DNA from: Candidatus Spyradenecus sp.
Lineage (GTDB): Bacteria; Verrucomicrobiota; Verrucomicrobiia; Opitutales; UBA953
NCBI GenBank assembly: GCA_045535075.1
Contig: JAZSKX010000018.1
Span: 308,146 to 372,145 of the forward strand
Length of the DNA: 64,000 nt
Direction: 5' to 3'
Numbering within the stretch: the first letter of the stretch is position 1; each line of letters starts with the position of its first letter. This document shows positions 30,129-40,610 of the stretch, piece after piece. A program made the translations under genes and the position numbers. The notes beneath the pieces are model-generated. The model made no database searches, was not told the origin of the DNA, and saw nothing but the letters and a program-made list of their open reading frames with translations.

Positions 30129-31421
30129 TTAGGATTTCGAATTTGTAATTTCGGAAAGGCTTCGAACTCGATTATGCGCGATCGGCGTCCATTCCACTTT
30201 TTTGAACAATGCCGTAATTGCAATCGGCAAATAAGTCAGCATAAAAATCGGGAACGTGAACATGTAAAAGAGCTTCTTAAATGCGCCGCAGTGAATTTTC
30301 TTCCATTGCGTTGCGGTTGTAATCGCGCCGATTACCCAAAGCGTCCAATACATTCCGCTGAACGTTCCCAAAATGCTGAGTCCGATATTGCCGATATCCC
30401 AGCCGAGAATAAGCCCCGTAACGATCCCGATGAGGCAATTCAGAAGTGTCAGCATGCTGATGACAAGCGCCGGCATAATCGTCATCGTCATGTCGTAACA
30501 GGACGTGAATTTCGAGGTGAAGAGGTTTTTAAGCAGGCTTCCTCCGAATTTTCCCCAAACCTGAATATACCCCTTTGCCCAACGCAGGCGCTGTCTCCAG
30601 GATTGCGAAAAAGTAACCGGCTGTTCGTCGTAAAGCTCGGCATAGCGGGCGTAGCCGATTTTGCGCCCGTTAACGACGTTATAAACCGTAAATTCGATAT
30701 CTTCCGTAAGCAGGAAGAATTTCCACCCGCCGGTTTCCCGAATGACCTTCGACGAGAACATGAATCCCGTTCCCGAAACGGCGCAACTCGTATTGAGCAA
30801 CATGCGGGCGTGATTCAAATACTCGCTTTCCCGCAAAAACCAAAGCGCGTAGCCGGCGCTGATCCAATTATCCCCGAAGTTTTTCGAATTCCGATAACTC
30901 GTAACGACTTCGTAGCCATCGGAAAACGTCTTGTTCATTTCCTCGAGGTAATGCGGATCGAGCACATTATCCGCATCGAAAACGACATAGGCGTCAAAAT
31001 GTGAATCGCCGTAATCGCGCACGATATTCGAGTAAAGCATGTCGAGCGCATAGCCCTTCCCGACAAGTTCCTTATTAAAACGTTCGTAAACAACCGCACC
31101 GCCTTCCCGCGCGACTTTCGCCGTTTCGTCGGTGCAGTTATCCGCAATTACAAAAATCGTGAAAAGCGCACGGTCATACGTTTGTTTGTTCAGGCTTTCC
31201 AACAATAACGGAAGCACACACTGCTCGTTTCGCGCGGAAATTAAAACGGCAATCCGATTCGGGCGTGCCGGCTTGTGCGGGCGATCCCGCATGATAAAAG
31301 ACACCGCAATGTAGAAAAACTGATACAGGTAGCAGACAAGAAACGTCATGCTGAGTATCGCATTGACGGCAACAAACAAAAAATCCCCCGAAAGGTCTAT
31401 GGGCTGAGAGTTCAATGTCAT
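30129..31421 (-). CDS. Membrane glycosyltransferase family 2 (processive-type motifs)
   Basis: ADNCTD, FDADN, TED and QRLRW motifs, plus flanking TM segments. Confidence 0.9.
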   Translation of the reverse strand: MTLNSQPIDLSGDFLFVAVNAILSMTFLVCYLYQFFYIAVSFIMRDRPHKPARPNRIAVLISARNEQCVLPLLLESLNKQTYDRALFTIFVIADNCTDETAKVAREGGAVVYERFNKELVGKGYALDMLYSNIVRDYGDSHFDAYVVFDADNVLDPHYLEEMNKTFSDGYEVVTSYRNSKNFGDNWISAGYALWFLRESEYLNHARMLLNTSCAVSGTGFMFSSKVIRETGGWKFFLLTEDIEFTVYNVVNGRKIGYARYAELYDEQPVTFSQSWRQRLRWAKGYIQVWGKFGGSLLKNLFTSKFTSCYDMTMTIMPALVISMLTLLNCLIGIVTGLILGWDIGNIGLSILGTFSGMYWTLWVIGAITTATQWKKIHCGAFKKLFYMFTFPIFMLTYLPIAITALFKKVEWTPIAHNRVRSLSEITNSKS

Positions 31422-31660
31422 ATCAAAAAATGGCGTCTTACTCAAAAGAGCCTAAATTTGTGCTTTCCGTCATTATACGCGCGTTCCGCAGAAAACTACA
31501 ATGCCAATATTCAATATTCTCGCGGGAACGCATCAAGCCCGGAATTTGCGGACTCCCGCCCGCTCGGGGGCGCGTCGTTTCCCGATTTGTAAATTTCAAT
31601 TTGCGGGAACGGACAAGTTCGGCGATAATCAAGGTTTTAATTTTTCTAAAACTAAAATCT

Positions 31661-33085
31661 ATGGAACAAATCGCAGACGTTCTCGCTCAACGCTACGCCA
31701 CGGAACCGATTCGCAAAATCTGGTCGGCAACCGGACGCATCATCCTCGAACGCGAATTTTGGATCGCCGTCATGCGCGCTCAGCGCGACCTCGGGCTCGA
31801 CATTCCCGCTGAAGCCATTGAGGCTTACGAACGCGTCAAGGAAAACGTCAATCTCGATTCCATCAACGCGCGGGAACGCATCACGCGCCACGACGTCAAA
31901 GCCCGTATCGAAGAATTTTGCGATCTCGCCGGCTTTGAGCACATTCACAAGGGAATGACTTCCCGCGACCTCACGGAATCCGTCGAACAGCTTCAGGTTT
32001 TCCGCTCGCTCGAATACATTCGCCTCAAAACCGTCGCCGCCGTCAAACGCCTCGCCGAGCGTGCCGCAGAAACGCGCGACATTGCGATGACTTCCCGCAC
32101 GCACAACGTTGCGGCACAGCTCACGACTTTCGGCAAGCGTTTCGCGATGTTCGGCGAAGACATGCTCGTCGCTCTGCGGGAGCTCGACGCGCTTATCGCC
32201 AACTACCCGGCGCGCGGCGTAAAAGGTGCCGTCGGCACGCAACTCGATCTGCTCACGCTGTTTGACCACGATGTCGAAAAGGCGATGGAATTTGATTCCC
32301 GCGTCCGCAAGCACCTCGGCATTCCGCACGCATTCAATGCAACGGGGCAGGTTTACCCGCGCTCGCTCGATTTTGCGACGATTTCCACGCTCGTCCACAT
32401 TGGCTCCGGCGCGTCCAGCTTCGCGAAAACGTTGCGCCTGATGGCGGGGCACGAGCTCGCCAGCGAAGGCTTCCTGCCGGGACAAGTCGGCTCGTCGGCG
32501 ATGCCGCACAAAATGAATTCCCGCAGCTGCGAACGTTTGAACGGTCTGCACGTCATTTTGAAAGGCTATCTCGCTATGGCGGCGGATCTCGCCGGCGACC
32601 AATGGAACGAAGGCGACGTTTCCTGTTCCGTCGTGCGCCGCGTGGCGCTCCCGGATTCCTTCTTCGCGATTGATGCGTTGCTCGAAACCTTCCTCGTCAT
32701 TTTGAACCAGATGGAAATTAACGTTCCCGTCATTGAGCGCGAAAAGAATTATTACCTGCCGTTCCTGCTGACGACGACCATCATGATGGAAGCCGTCAAA
32801 CGCGGCGTGGGGCGCGAAACCGCGCACGAAGTTATCAAGGAACACGCCGTCGCCACCGCGCGCGATATTCGCCAAGGCAAAATTTCGAACAATAACCTGT
32901 TCGACCGCCTCGCCGAAGACGGTCGCCTGAAACTTTCCCGCGACGATTTCGACGCGATCGCCAAAATCGCCGCCGCCGAAACGGGAACGGCAGGCATGCA
33001 GGTCGACAACTTTGTCGCCACCGCCAACGAACTTTTAGCAAAATTTCCCGCCGCCGCAGAAATCAAGCCCGGCGCAATTCTGTAA
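31661..33085 (+). CDS. purB: Adenylosuccinate lyase
   Basis: RHDVKA, HKGMTSRD, SRTH and the signature GSSAMPHKMN. Confidence 0.95.
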   Translation: MEQIADVLAQRYATEPIRKIWSATGRIILEREFWIAVMRAQRDLGLDIPAEAIEAYERVKENVNLDSINARERITRHDVKARIEEFCDLAGFEHIHKGMTSRDLTESVEQLQVFRSLEYIRLKTVAAVKRLAERAAETRDIAMTSRTHNVAAQLTTFGKRFAMFGEDMLVALRELDALIANYPARGVKGAVGTQLDLLTLFDHDVEKAMEFDSRVRKHLGIPHAFNATGQVYPRSLDFATISTLVHIGSGASSFAKTLRLMAGHELASEGFLPGQVGSSAMPHKMNSRSCERLNGLHVILKGYLAMAADLAGDQWNEGDVSCSVVRRVALPDSFFAIDALLETFLVILNQMEINVPVIEREKNYYLPFLLTTTIMMEAVKRGVGRETAHEVIKEHAVATARDIRQGKISNNNLFDRLAEDGRLKLSRDDFDAIAKIAAAETGTAGMQVDNFVATANELLAKFPAAAEIKPGAIL

Positions 33086-33115
33086 AAAATTAAGGCTTAT
33101 TAAAGAAGCCTAAAA

Positions 33116-33149
33116 AAGCGTTCCCGTGAAATAAATCACGGGAACGCTT
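33116..33149. terminator. Bidirectional terminator formed by an inverted CGTTCCCG pair
   Basis: AAGCGTTCCCGTGA-6nt-TCACGGGAACGCTT between convergent genes. Confidence 0.85.
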
Positions 33150-33180
33150 CTTCTGTCTTTAACCGCGAATCTTTTTCCGC

Positions 33181-35220
33181 TTATTTCGCAGGACGTCCGT
33201 CAAAGAAGAAAACTTCAAAAGGCTTCAACGTGAAGGAGAGCTCCTTGTCGAGCGGAATCGTCGCGCCGGAAATCCCCTGGAGTTTTCGCTGTCCGCCCTT
33301 AAAGGAATCTTTCAGCGTAATAGAGCCCTGGACATGCGCGGGAACGTCGAGCAATTGACGCAACGTCGCCGTAAGCGTTTTTTCGTCTTTAGAAGAATTG
33401 CGCAAGGCGAGAGTCGCCTTTTTTCCGTTCCAGGAAGCCCAACCGTAGATGTCTCCGCATTTTTTTTCGTTGTCCCACGGATTGCCGCCGACCCAGTGAG
33501 CGTCGTCGAGCACATCGGCGTTCCCGCGGAACCACTTGATGCACTCGGCAAGTTCTTTCCAGAGATCGAGTTTCGTCATGATGTCGTTATCGACATAAAG
33601 CTCCTGCAAGGCGCTCCCGCTGGCGAACGCACAACGCATTTCCTTGAGAATGTCGTCGCGTCCGTCGGCGTTGTTTGCCATGCAATTCGGCGGTCCGTGG
33701 CGGGTTATCATGAGTCCGTGCGTCATGATTGAATTAATCGGGCACAGCGGCGAGCCTTGAACAAAGACTTCGTAAACAAGGCGATCTCGATAGGTAATCC
33801 ATTTATTTCGATTATTCCCGTCTCCGATGCCGCCATGGTCGTTTTCCTGTCGCCAAATGGAGTCTGCAATGTGAAACCAAAACGGCGAAGCCCATGTGCC
33901 GACGGTCGTATTGAGGAAAATATCCGGGCGTTTTTTACGAAGAGCTTTCTCAACTTTGATAATGCCTTCTGCGTCTTCCTCTCCTCCCGGACCTTTCGCG
34001 TGGAATTTCGTGCTGATCCCGTCGAACTTGAAATAGCGCATGTCGTAATCGGCAACCATTTGCGAACAACGCCCGACGAACGCGTCGAAGTATTCCTTGT
34101 TCGAAAGCTCAAAATTGCCGATTTGGTTGTTCGGGTGATTTTTATTCCAATAGCCGAGACGCTGAGTCTTGGACGCGCCGTAGCCGCCGACGGGCCCAAG
34201 CCAAGCACCCATTCCCGCGCCTTGCTTCAGCGCTGCGGTATTGAGTTTTTCAAAACCGTTCGGGAACCCGCTGTGGAAGCCCCAGAGCGAATTAAAATCG
34301 TCCCAGCCGTCGTCCCAAACGAACGCGTCAACACCGATTTTATGTTTTTTGAAAAGGTTTTTGTTCCACTCTTCAATGACATCGAGGCATTGTTTTTCCG
34401 ACATGCGGTTCTTCGGATCCGGGTCGTTGTTGCGGTTGATGTTGAGCTCATACCACGAATTGTAGTGGACAAACGAGCGCCACGGCACAGCGCGTTCCCG
34501 CTCATTGTAAGCGAGGAAGGAGCGGCGCTCCTGCCCGGGAACGAGAGCTCCGATAACGGAGGAAACATCCCAGATTTCGCCCTTTTTCAGCGTGGTTTTA
34601 CGCGACCATTTTCCCGTCATCGTGTCGCCGGAAACTTCGTTAAGCGCCATCGGCGTTTCGAGCGCGGCAAAAACCTTTTCCGTTACGACGGGCGAGCCGC
34701 GCGTGTTCCCGAGGACTTTTGCTCCCGGAAGCTTGATTTCAAGCGGAACAATTGCCTGCATCGGAGTATCGGCCTTCGCCTTAATTTTCAGCTCTTGGCG
34801 GATGTAATGCGAGCCGTCGCGCAAAACCGCGCGCCATCTTACGGAAAGATTGCCTTTGCTGAACGTGCCGACGATTGCCTGCCCGGCAAAACGTTCGGAA
34901 AGTTTGACGGCTTTCGGATTCGCTTTGAGAGCAACTTTCTTAAGCGTGCCCTTCATTTGCGATGCTTTAATGATTTCACCGTCACCGAGAACAATCTTGA
35001 AAAGCTCATCCCCTTCGGCGACCGTTTTCCCGCCGAATTTTACTTCGAAACCCTTTTTTGCATCAAAACGCGCGGCAACAAGCTCGTTAGAAAGACGTGT
35101 CCCCGATGCAAGTGCAACGCCGGGCTGCTTCTCAGACGGGAACGCAACATCCGCATTCAGCGCCGGAAGCGCCAATGCCAATAAAGTCAGTGTAAGGAAG
35201 ATTTTCTTTAGGGATTTCAT
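33181..35220 (-). CDS. Secreted glycoside-hydrolase-like protein (clan GH-D/GH36-like barrel)
   Basis: Signal peptide; YNSW, FVWDDGW and YFKFDG motifs resemble GH27/36 barrels; substrate unknown. Confidence 0.65.
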   Translation of the reverse strand: MKSLKKIFLTLTLLALALPALNADVAFPSEKQPGVALASGTRLSNELVAARFDAKKGFEVKFGGKTVAEGDELFKIVLGDGEIIKASQMKGTLKKVALKANPKAVKLSERFAGQAIVGTFSKGNLSVRWRAVLRDGSHYIRQELKIKAKADTPMQAIVPLEIKLPGAKVLGNTRGSPVVTEKVFAALETPMALNEVSGDTMTGKWSRKTTLKKGEIWDVSSVIGALVPGQERRSFLAYNERERAVPWRSFVHYNSWYELNINRNNDPDPKNRMSEKQCLDVIEEWNKNLFKKHKIGVDAFVWDDGWDDFNSLWGFHSGFPNGFEKLNTAALKQGAGMGAWLGPVGGYGASKTQRLGYWNKNHPNNQIGNFELSNKEYFDAFVGRCSQMVADYDMRYFKFDGISTKFHAKGPGGEEDAEGIIKVEKALRKKRPDIFLNTTVGTWASPFWFHIADSIWRQENDHGGIGDGNNRNKWITYRDRLVYEVFVQGSPLCPINSIMTHGLMITRHGPPNCMANNADGRDDILKEMRCAFASGSALQELYVDNDIMTKLDLWKELAECIKWFRGNADVLDDAHWVGGNPWDNEKKCGDIYGWASWNGKKATLALRNSSKDEKTLTATLRQLLDVPAHVQGSITLKDSFKGGQRKLQGISGATIPLDKELSFTLKPFEVFFFDGRPAK

Positions 35221-35282
35221 AATCAGGCATGATTATAAAAAAGAATTCGGAAAAGCGAAATTTAAAAAACGTCCATAGCCCA

Positions 35283-35323
35283 AACACTATAGTGTTGACA
35301 AGTTAATCTTTTCTTAAAATCAT
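35283..35323 (+). promoter_or_regulatory. Promoter TTGACA-17-AATCAT with overlapping palindromic operator
   Basis: Perfect palindrome AACACTATAGTGTT (35283-35296) overlapping TTGACA (35295-35300). Confidence 0.55.
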
Positions 35324-35412
35324 AAGCTCAATGTTTACTCTAATGCTGGGAATTAAAAGCCGGAGACTTTCGGATTGTCGGATGTCCATTGTTAAATCGT
35401 TAGGTTAAACTC

Positions 35413-35458
35413 GGCGTCTCCGCGGGAACGATTGTCCTGCGGAGGCGCCATCATTTTT
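35413..35458 (+). terminator. GC-rich hairpin followed by a T-run
   Basis: GGCGTCTCCGCGGGA / TCCTGCGGAGGCGCC, then ATCATTTTT. Confidence 0.6.
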
Positions 35459-35483
35459 CGTTCTCATATCCTCCTGTAACCCA

Positions 35484-35519
35484 AAGCCTTCCCGTTGTAT
35501 TGCGGGAAGGCTTCTTTTA
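35484..35519. terminator. Second hairpin made of a variant motif pair
   Basis: AAGCCTTCCCG-8nt-CGGGAAGGCTT, then CTTTTA. Confidence 0.6.
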
Positions 35520-35583
35520 TATCACACAAATTCGGTAGGATTTATTTCTTGAATGAAAATTTTACAAGCTTATCATTTGGCGA

Positions 35584-36393
35584 ATGAAAAACATAAAATT
35601 TCTCTCTTGCCTTACTTTCGCACTTTCGGGAGTAACTTCCGGCGTTTTTGCGGCTGACGCGACATTAAGCTATACGGATGCCTTCGGGATCGCCCAAAAC
35701 CAATCGGAATCCTTAGGGTATTTCATTTTGGAAGAAAACGCCCGCGACGTCGTTTTCAACACGGGAACGAACTACCTTTTCAGTAAAGACCTATATCTCA
35801 ACGCCGGACGCATTGAAAATCTTGAACTCATCGCGACGGGAAACGAAGACGACGCTCGCGTTTACAATAAGACGACGATCGACGGGAACGTCAAAATTTC
35901 GGGCGCAACCGGTTGCTTCTATTCTTACGGCGGAACGATTGAAAGCGGGGCACACTTCACCCTAAACGGAGGGCGATTTGATTTCGCCAATTCGAGCTTA
36001 CACAAATGGAAAATCGGAGAAGAAACGGGAACGCGCGCATTAATTTCAGGAACGGGAACCGTCACCATTCGTAATACGACATTGAATGGCGAAGCCTTTA
36101 CTTCGTGGCTACAGCTGGATTTCGCGAACTATGATGTTTTAAAAAAGACGAAAACGCTGAGTCTTGTCGACGCCGGAACTATCGTCGGTTCCGGATTAAA
36201 TTTTCGCGATATCTCCGTCTTTGTCGACGGCTGGCAAGTTTTTGACTACACGGCAAGTCTGGACTGGAATTCCGACAGCGTAAATTTCGGCAAAATCTCA
36301 ATCACGCATCCGATTCCGGAGCCGTCTGCTTTCGGCATGCTTGCCGGATTATGCGCCTTAGCGTTTGCGGGAACGCGCCGCCGTCACCAATAA
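35584..36393 (+). CDS. PEP-CTERM (exosortase target) surface protein
   Basis: Signal peptide; C-terminal IPEPSAFGMLAGLCALAFAGTRRR (PEP motif, TM helix, basic tail). Confidence 0.92.
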   Translation: MKNIKFLSCLTFALSGVTSGVFAADATLSYTDAFGIAQNQSESLGYFILEENARDVVFNTGTNYLFSKDLYLNAGRIENLELIATGNEDDARVYNKTTIDGNVKISGATGCFYSYGGTIESGAHFTLNGGRFDFANSSLHKWKIGEETGTRALISGTGTVTIRNTTLNGEAFTSWLQLDFANYDVLKKTKTLSLVDAGTIVGSGLNFRDISVFVDGWQVFDYTASLDWNSDSVNFGKISITHPIPEPSAFGMLAGLCALAFAGTRRRHQ

Positions 36394-36396
36394 AAA

Positions 36397-36439
36397 AAGC
36401 GTTCCCGCTTAAGCCGGCTTTCGCCGCACGGGAACGCTT
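36397..36439. terminator. Bidirectional terminator formed by an inverted CGTTCCCG pair
   Basis: AAGCGTTCCCG...CGGGAACGCTT between the convergent PEP-CTERM gene and argG. Confidence 0.75.
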
Positions 36440-36472
36440 CTCTTTTAGCCTTAATCGTTAAGCTCTCAAAAC

Positions 36473-37705
36473 TTACATCATGTTTTCCGGACCGTTGACC
36501 TTGGCGTTCACCTTGAGGCGAAGCGCGTTCAGGTGGATGAAGCCGGAAGCGTCGTCCTGGTCGTAAGCATTGGTCGGGTCGGCTTCCATCGTCGCGATGT
36601 CCGGATTGTAGAGCGAGCACGGCGACTTGCGACCGGCAACGTAGCAGCAACCCTTGTAGAGCTTGACGCGCACCGTTCCCGTGACGTTTTTCTGCGTTTC
36701 CGTAACAAGTGCCTGCAACGCGAGGCGTTCCGGCGCATACCAAAATCCGTTATAAACGAGTTCCGCATATTTCGGAATGAGGCTGTCGCGCAAGTGCATC
36801 GTATCGCGATCCATCGTGATGGATTCCATCTGGCGATGCGCGAAGAAAAGAATCGCTCCGCCCGGGGTTTCATAAACGCCGCGCGACTTCATGCCGACAA
36901 AACGGTTTTCAACCATGTCAACGCGCCCGATGCCGTGCTTTCCGCCGAGCTTGTTGAGCGTTTGCATCACTTCAAGCGGCGTCATCTTCTTGCCGTCGAT
37001 GGCGACGCAGTTACCTTTTTCAAAATCGAGTTCGATAAATTCCGGTGCGTCGGGAGCGTCTTCCGGAGCGACGGAGAGTTTGAACATCGCCTTGTTTTCC
37101 GGGCAGAACGCGTCGAACCACGGATCTTCCATGATCCCGGCTTCGTAGGAAATGTGGAGCAAGTTGCGGTCCATCGAATACGGCTTTTTCATGCTCGCTT
37201 CGACGGGAAGCCCCTGCGCCACGCAGTAATCGATCATTTCCTTGCGCCCCGGGAACTGCGCGCGGAACGTTTCGTCGCGCCACGGAGCGATGATTTTCAA
37301 ATCCGGAGCGAGCGCGGCAGCGGCGAGCTCAAAGCGCACCTGGTCGTTGCCCTTGCCCGTCGCACCGTGAGCGATAGCGTCGCAACCTTCCGCCTTGGCG
37401 ATTTCGACCATGCGTTTCGCGATAAGCGGACGCGCAATCGACGTGCCGAGGAAGTATTGTCCTTCGTAAATCGCTCCCGCCTGCATCATCGGGAAAATGA
37501 AGTCGCGGGCAAATTCTTCCTGCAAATCTTCAATGTAAATTTTGGAAGCGCCGGTTTTCTTGCTCTTTTCTTCGAGCCCGGAAAGCTCTTCTTCCTGTCC
37601 GACGTTCGCGCAGTAAGCGACCATTTCGGCGTTGTATTTTTCTTTAATCCAGGAAAGGAGCACGGACGTGTCCAATCCGCCGGAATATGCGAGAAGAATC
37701 TTCAT
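36473..37705 (-). CDS. argG: Argininosuccinate synthase
   Basis: [36 protein letters not shown]. Confidence 0.99.
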   Translation of the reverse strand: MKILLAYSGGLDTSVLLSWIKEKYNAEMVAYCANVGQEEELSGLEEKSKKTGASKIYIEDLQEEFARDFIFPMMQAGAIYEGQYFLGTSIARPLIAKRMVEIAKAEGCDAIAHGATGKGNDQVRFELAAAALAPDLKIIAPWRDETFRAQFPGRKEMIDYCVAQGLPVEASMKKPYSMDRNLLHISYEAGIMEDPWFDAFCPENKAMFKLSVAPEDAPDAPEFIELDFEKGNCVAIDGKKMTPLEVMQTLNKLGGKHGIGRVDMVENRFVGMKSRGVYETPGGAILFFAHRQMESITMDRDTMHLRDSLIPKYAELVYNGFWYAPERLALQALVTETQKNVTGTVRVKLYKGCCYVAGRKSPCSLYNPDIATMEADPTNAYDQDDASGFIHLNALRLKVNAKVNGPENMM

Positions 37706-37898
37706 AGCAATGATTGTTTTGTGTGATTAAAAAGTAAGCGGGAATCATGCGCCGCGTTCCCGCGAAAATCAACGCGGAATTTAGCAATAAAGCGTAGAAA
37801 CCGTAAACTGCCGTAAATATTTTTAGCCGCGGGCAGCACGATTTTCTCGGATGTTTTTCAAAAAGCTCCGCGAAAAATAATCCGCTCCGCCCGTGAAA

Positions 37899-38735
37899 CT
37901 ATTTTCCGGCGGAAACGAACCCCTTCAGCCAAGCTTCCGCGAGTTGCGGCCAAACAAGCCCGACGCCGGATCGCATGCCGTAGCCGTGCCCGCCTTTCGA
38001 CAAATAATGCAAATCCACGGGACGGCGATTCGCACGCATCGCCTCCGCCATCACCAACGCGCTTCGGCTACTATAATAATAATCGTCGAGCGTCCCGAAA
38101 ATGAACATCGGCGGCGTGTTCGCCGAAACCTTGAGCTCCGGCGTCAGGCTGTGCCCGGGACCGCCGTCGAGATACGCCGGATAAATCAACATCGCAAAAT
38201 CGGGACGGCAACTGAGCTTGTCGGCAGCGTCCCGCGGCGGATAAAGCGTTTCCTCAAATCGCGTTGCCGCACGTGCAGAAAGGCTCGCTCCCGCAGAAAA
38301 ACCGATGACTCCGACTTTCTCCGGCGCGTATTTTTCCCGCACGACACGAATCGCACGCTGAAGATCCTGCAACGCGCCGTTCGGATTCGCGGGAACGCGA
38401 TATGCCAGCGTAAACGCCGTAAAACCCCGGCGCGCCAGCCACTGCGCGACCTCGGTTCCTTCCTTGTCGTAAGAAAGCACCTGATACGCGCCGCCGGGGC
38501 AAACAATGACGGCAACGCCGTTCGGCTCCTTTTCGGGAAGAGCAACTTCCAAGGTCGGGTTCGAAACCCGCGTCAGGCGAATTACGCCCTTTTCCGTTTT
38601 TGTGTCGGTAACGTGCTTTTCCCCAGGCGTATTTTCTGCGGGAACGCTCGGCTTCCAAATTTCGATGATTTCCGCATGAACAGCGGCAGAAAGGCAAAAC
38701 GCGAGACAAGTAACGGCAACAAGAATTTTTCTCAT
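37899..38735 (-). CDS. Secreted alpha/beta hydrolase (carbohydrate esterase-like)
   Basis: Signal peptide from ATG 38735; CPGGAY oxyanion loop, GFSAG nucleophile and GGHGYG. Confidence 0.88.
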   Translation of the reverse strand: MRKILVAVTCLAFCLSAAVHAEIIEIWKPSVPAENTPGEKHVTDTKTEKGVIRLTRVSNPTLEVALPEKEPNGVAVIVCPGGAYQVLSYDKEGTEVAQWLARRGFTAFTLAYRVPANPNGALQDLQRAIRVVREKYAPEKVGVIGFSAGASLSARAATRFEETLYPPRDAADKLSCRPDFAMLIYPAYLDGGPGHSLTPELKVSANTPPMFIFGTLDDYYYSSRSALVMAEAMRANRRPVDLHYLSKGGHGYGMRSGVGLVWPQLAEAWLKGFVSAGK

Positions 38736-38873
38736 GAGAAGAAAGCCTAGCGTTTTTTTCGCGACAGGCAAAAAAATGTTCCCGCAAGAAAATCCCGCGG
38801 GAACGATTTTTCTGTTTCCAAAGAAACTTTCTTCGGAGAAGCCGACCAAACTTATCAGCTTCTAAGCCACAAA

Positions 38874-40580
38874 CTACTTATCCAAACCCCAGCGTTCCCG
38901 TAGCCAGCGTTCAACGGGCGCGAAGCAAAGCCGGTCCATGACCAAGCCGACAAGGATAATAACGAGCATGACCCCGTAAACTTTTTCGACATTCATTTCT
39001 TCGCGTCCGGCGTTGAGCATCCAGCCCAAACCGATGCCGCTGAAAATATAAACATAAATTTCGGCAGACATCAGCGAGCGCCACGCAAACGCCCAGCCTT
39101 GCTTCATACCGGAGAAAATTAACGGGAGCGCCGCCGGGAACATCACGTGCGTCCACAGGTGAAAATGCTTCGAGCCCATTGTCCGCGCGGCACGCACATA
39201 AAGCGGCGGGACGGAACGAATCCCGCTTTCCGTCGCCAACATGAGCGACCAAACCGAACCCATAACGACAACCGTCAGGATTGCCCATTCGTCCTGCCCG
39301 AAAATCACAAGCGAAATCGGCACCCAACAAACGCTCGGCAGAGCTTGAAACCCGAGCGCCAAAACGCCGAGCGTGCTACGCATCAGCGCACTTTGCGCCA
39401 GCAAAAGCCCGAGCGGAAGCGCAATCGCAAATCCGATGGCGTAGCCCAAAAGCAGGCGACGCATCGTTACGACAAGAGCGCTCAAAATCGAACCGTCCCA
39501 AACGCCGTCCCAAAGAAAACCTGCGATTTCCGACGGTAACGGGAACACGCCGGCGCGCATTTTCGGCGGAAGCTCCGTCGTTTGAACCAAATCTTCGACT
39601 TCGATTTTTTCCGGAATCATTCCCGTTCCGAAGCCGTCGTTGACATATTCGGCGAGCGATTTTTTGTTTACTTCGCCGACAAACTTGATGCGCGGGAACG
39701 CGTTGTTGACGATACGCATCGGGAATTCCGCGTGCGTTTCCCGCGTAAGCGCGCGCTGGAGCAAAACCTTTGCTTCGTCCGGATGGGCGTTAATCCAAGC
39801 CGTCAATTCGCCGTGCGCTTTAGCAAAGGCATTCAACAGTTTTCGCCGCTTCGTCAGCGTTTCCGTCGAAGCCGCCAAAACGGTCGTTACCGAGGCGTAA
39901 TCTTCGAGAAAAATTTTTCCGCCGGTTTCCAATTCGAGACGCGAAACCCACGGCTCGACGGTCCAAGCAGCTTCAAGCGTTCCCGTGCGGAAAAGCGCAA
40001 GTTGATCCGGATTTTTGGTCGGCGCAATTTGCACTTTCGCGTCGTTCTGCCCGGCAGGAATTCCGCTTTTAATTAACCACGCGCGGCAGGCAACGTCCTG
40101 CGTATTGCCGAGTTGGGGCGTTGCGATTTTTTTGCCGATAAAATCCTCCGGGCGCGTTCCCGTGAAATCGCCGCGCACGACAAGTGCCGCGCCGCCTTCG
40201 GCGCTCCCGCAAACGATGCGTACGGCGCCCTGCCGGCGAATGTACGCATTGATTGCCGGCGACGGGCCGACGTACGACATATCAATCGAGCCGATGGTCA
40301 AGCCTTCCATCGCCGACGGGCCGGCGTTGTAGGGTTGCCAAAAAAGTTTCGTTCCCGCAGGAAGCCGCGCCTCAAACCACGGCTTGCCTTCGAGCGCCAA
40401 TTGCTGGGCAATAAGCGCCTGAGCGTGCGTGATATTCGGGAAATAGCCGACGCGCAATTCGTTTTCCGAGGCTGTTTTTTTCTTTAACGAAAAATCCGAA
40501 AGCCAATCGCTGCGCCCGACAAATTCGAGCCCGGCAATGAGCGCCACCGCAAAGAGAATGTAGAAAATAACACGTTTCAT
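38874..40580 (-). CDS. Fused ABC substrate-binding protein and permease (SsuA/TauA/NitT-type)
   Basis: GYFPNITHAQA and ATPQLGNTQD binding domain, followed in-frame by TM helices with an EAA-like motif (VRAARTMGS) and AWRSLMSAE. Confidence 0.88.
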   Translation of the reverse strand: MKRVIFYILFAVALIAGLEFVGRSDWLSDFSLKKKTASENELRVGYFPNITHAQALIAQQLALEGKPWFEARLPAGTKLFWQPYNAGPSAMEGLTIGSIDMSYVGPSPAINAYIRRQGAVRIVCGSAEGGAALVVRGDFTGTRPEDFIGKKIATPQLGNTQDVACRAWLIKSGIPAGQNDAKVQIAPTKNPDQLALFRTGTLEAAWTVEPWVSRLELETGGKIFLEDYASVTTVLAASTETLTKRRKLLNAFAKAHGELTAWINAHPDEAKVLLQRALTRETHAEFPMRIVNNAFPRIKFVGEVNKKSLAEYVNDGFGTGMIPEKIEVEDLVQTTELPPKMRAGVFPLPSEIAGFLWDGVWDGSILSALVVTMRRLLLGYAIGFAIALPLGLLLAQSALMRSTLGVLALGFQALPSVCWVPISLVIFGQDEWAILTVVVMGSVWSLMLATESGIRSVPPLYVRAARTMGSKHFHLWTHVMFPAALPLIFSGMKQGWAFAWRSLMSAEIYVYIFSGIGLGWMLNAGREEMNVEKVYGVMLVIILVGLVMDRLCFAPVERWLRERWGLDK

Positions 40581-40610
40581 GAGAGAAAAACTCCTTTCTT
40601 TTCGGGGCGT

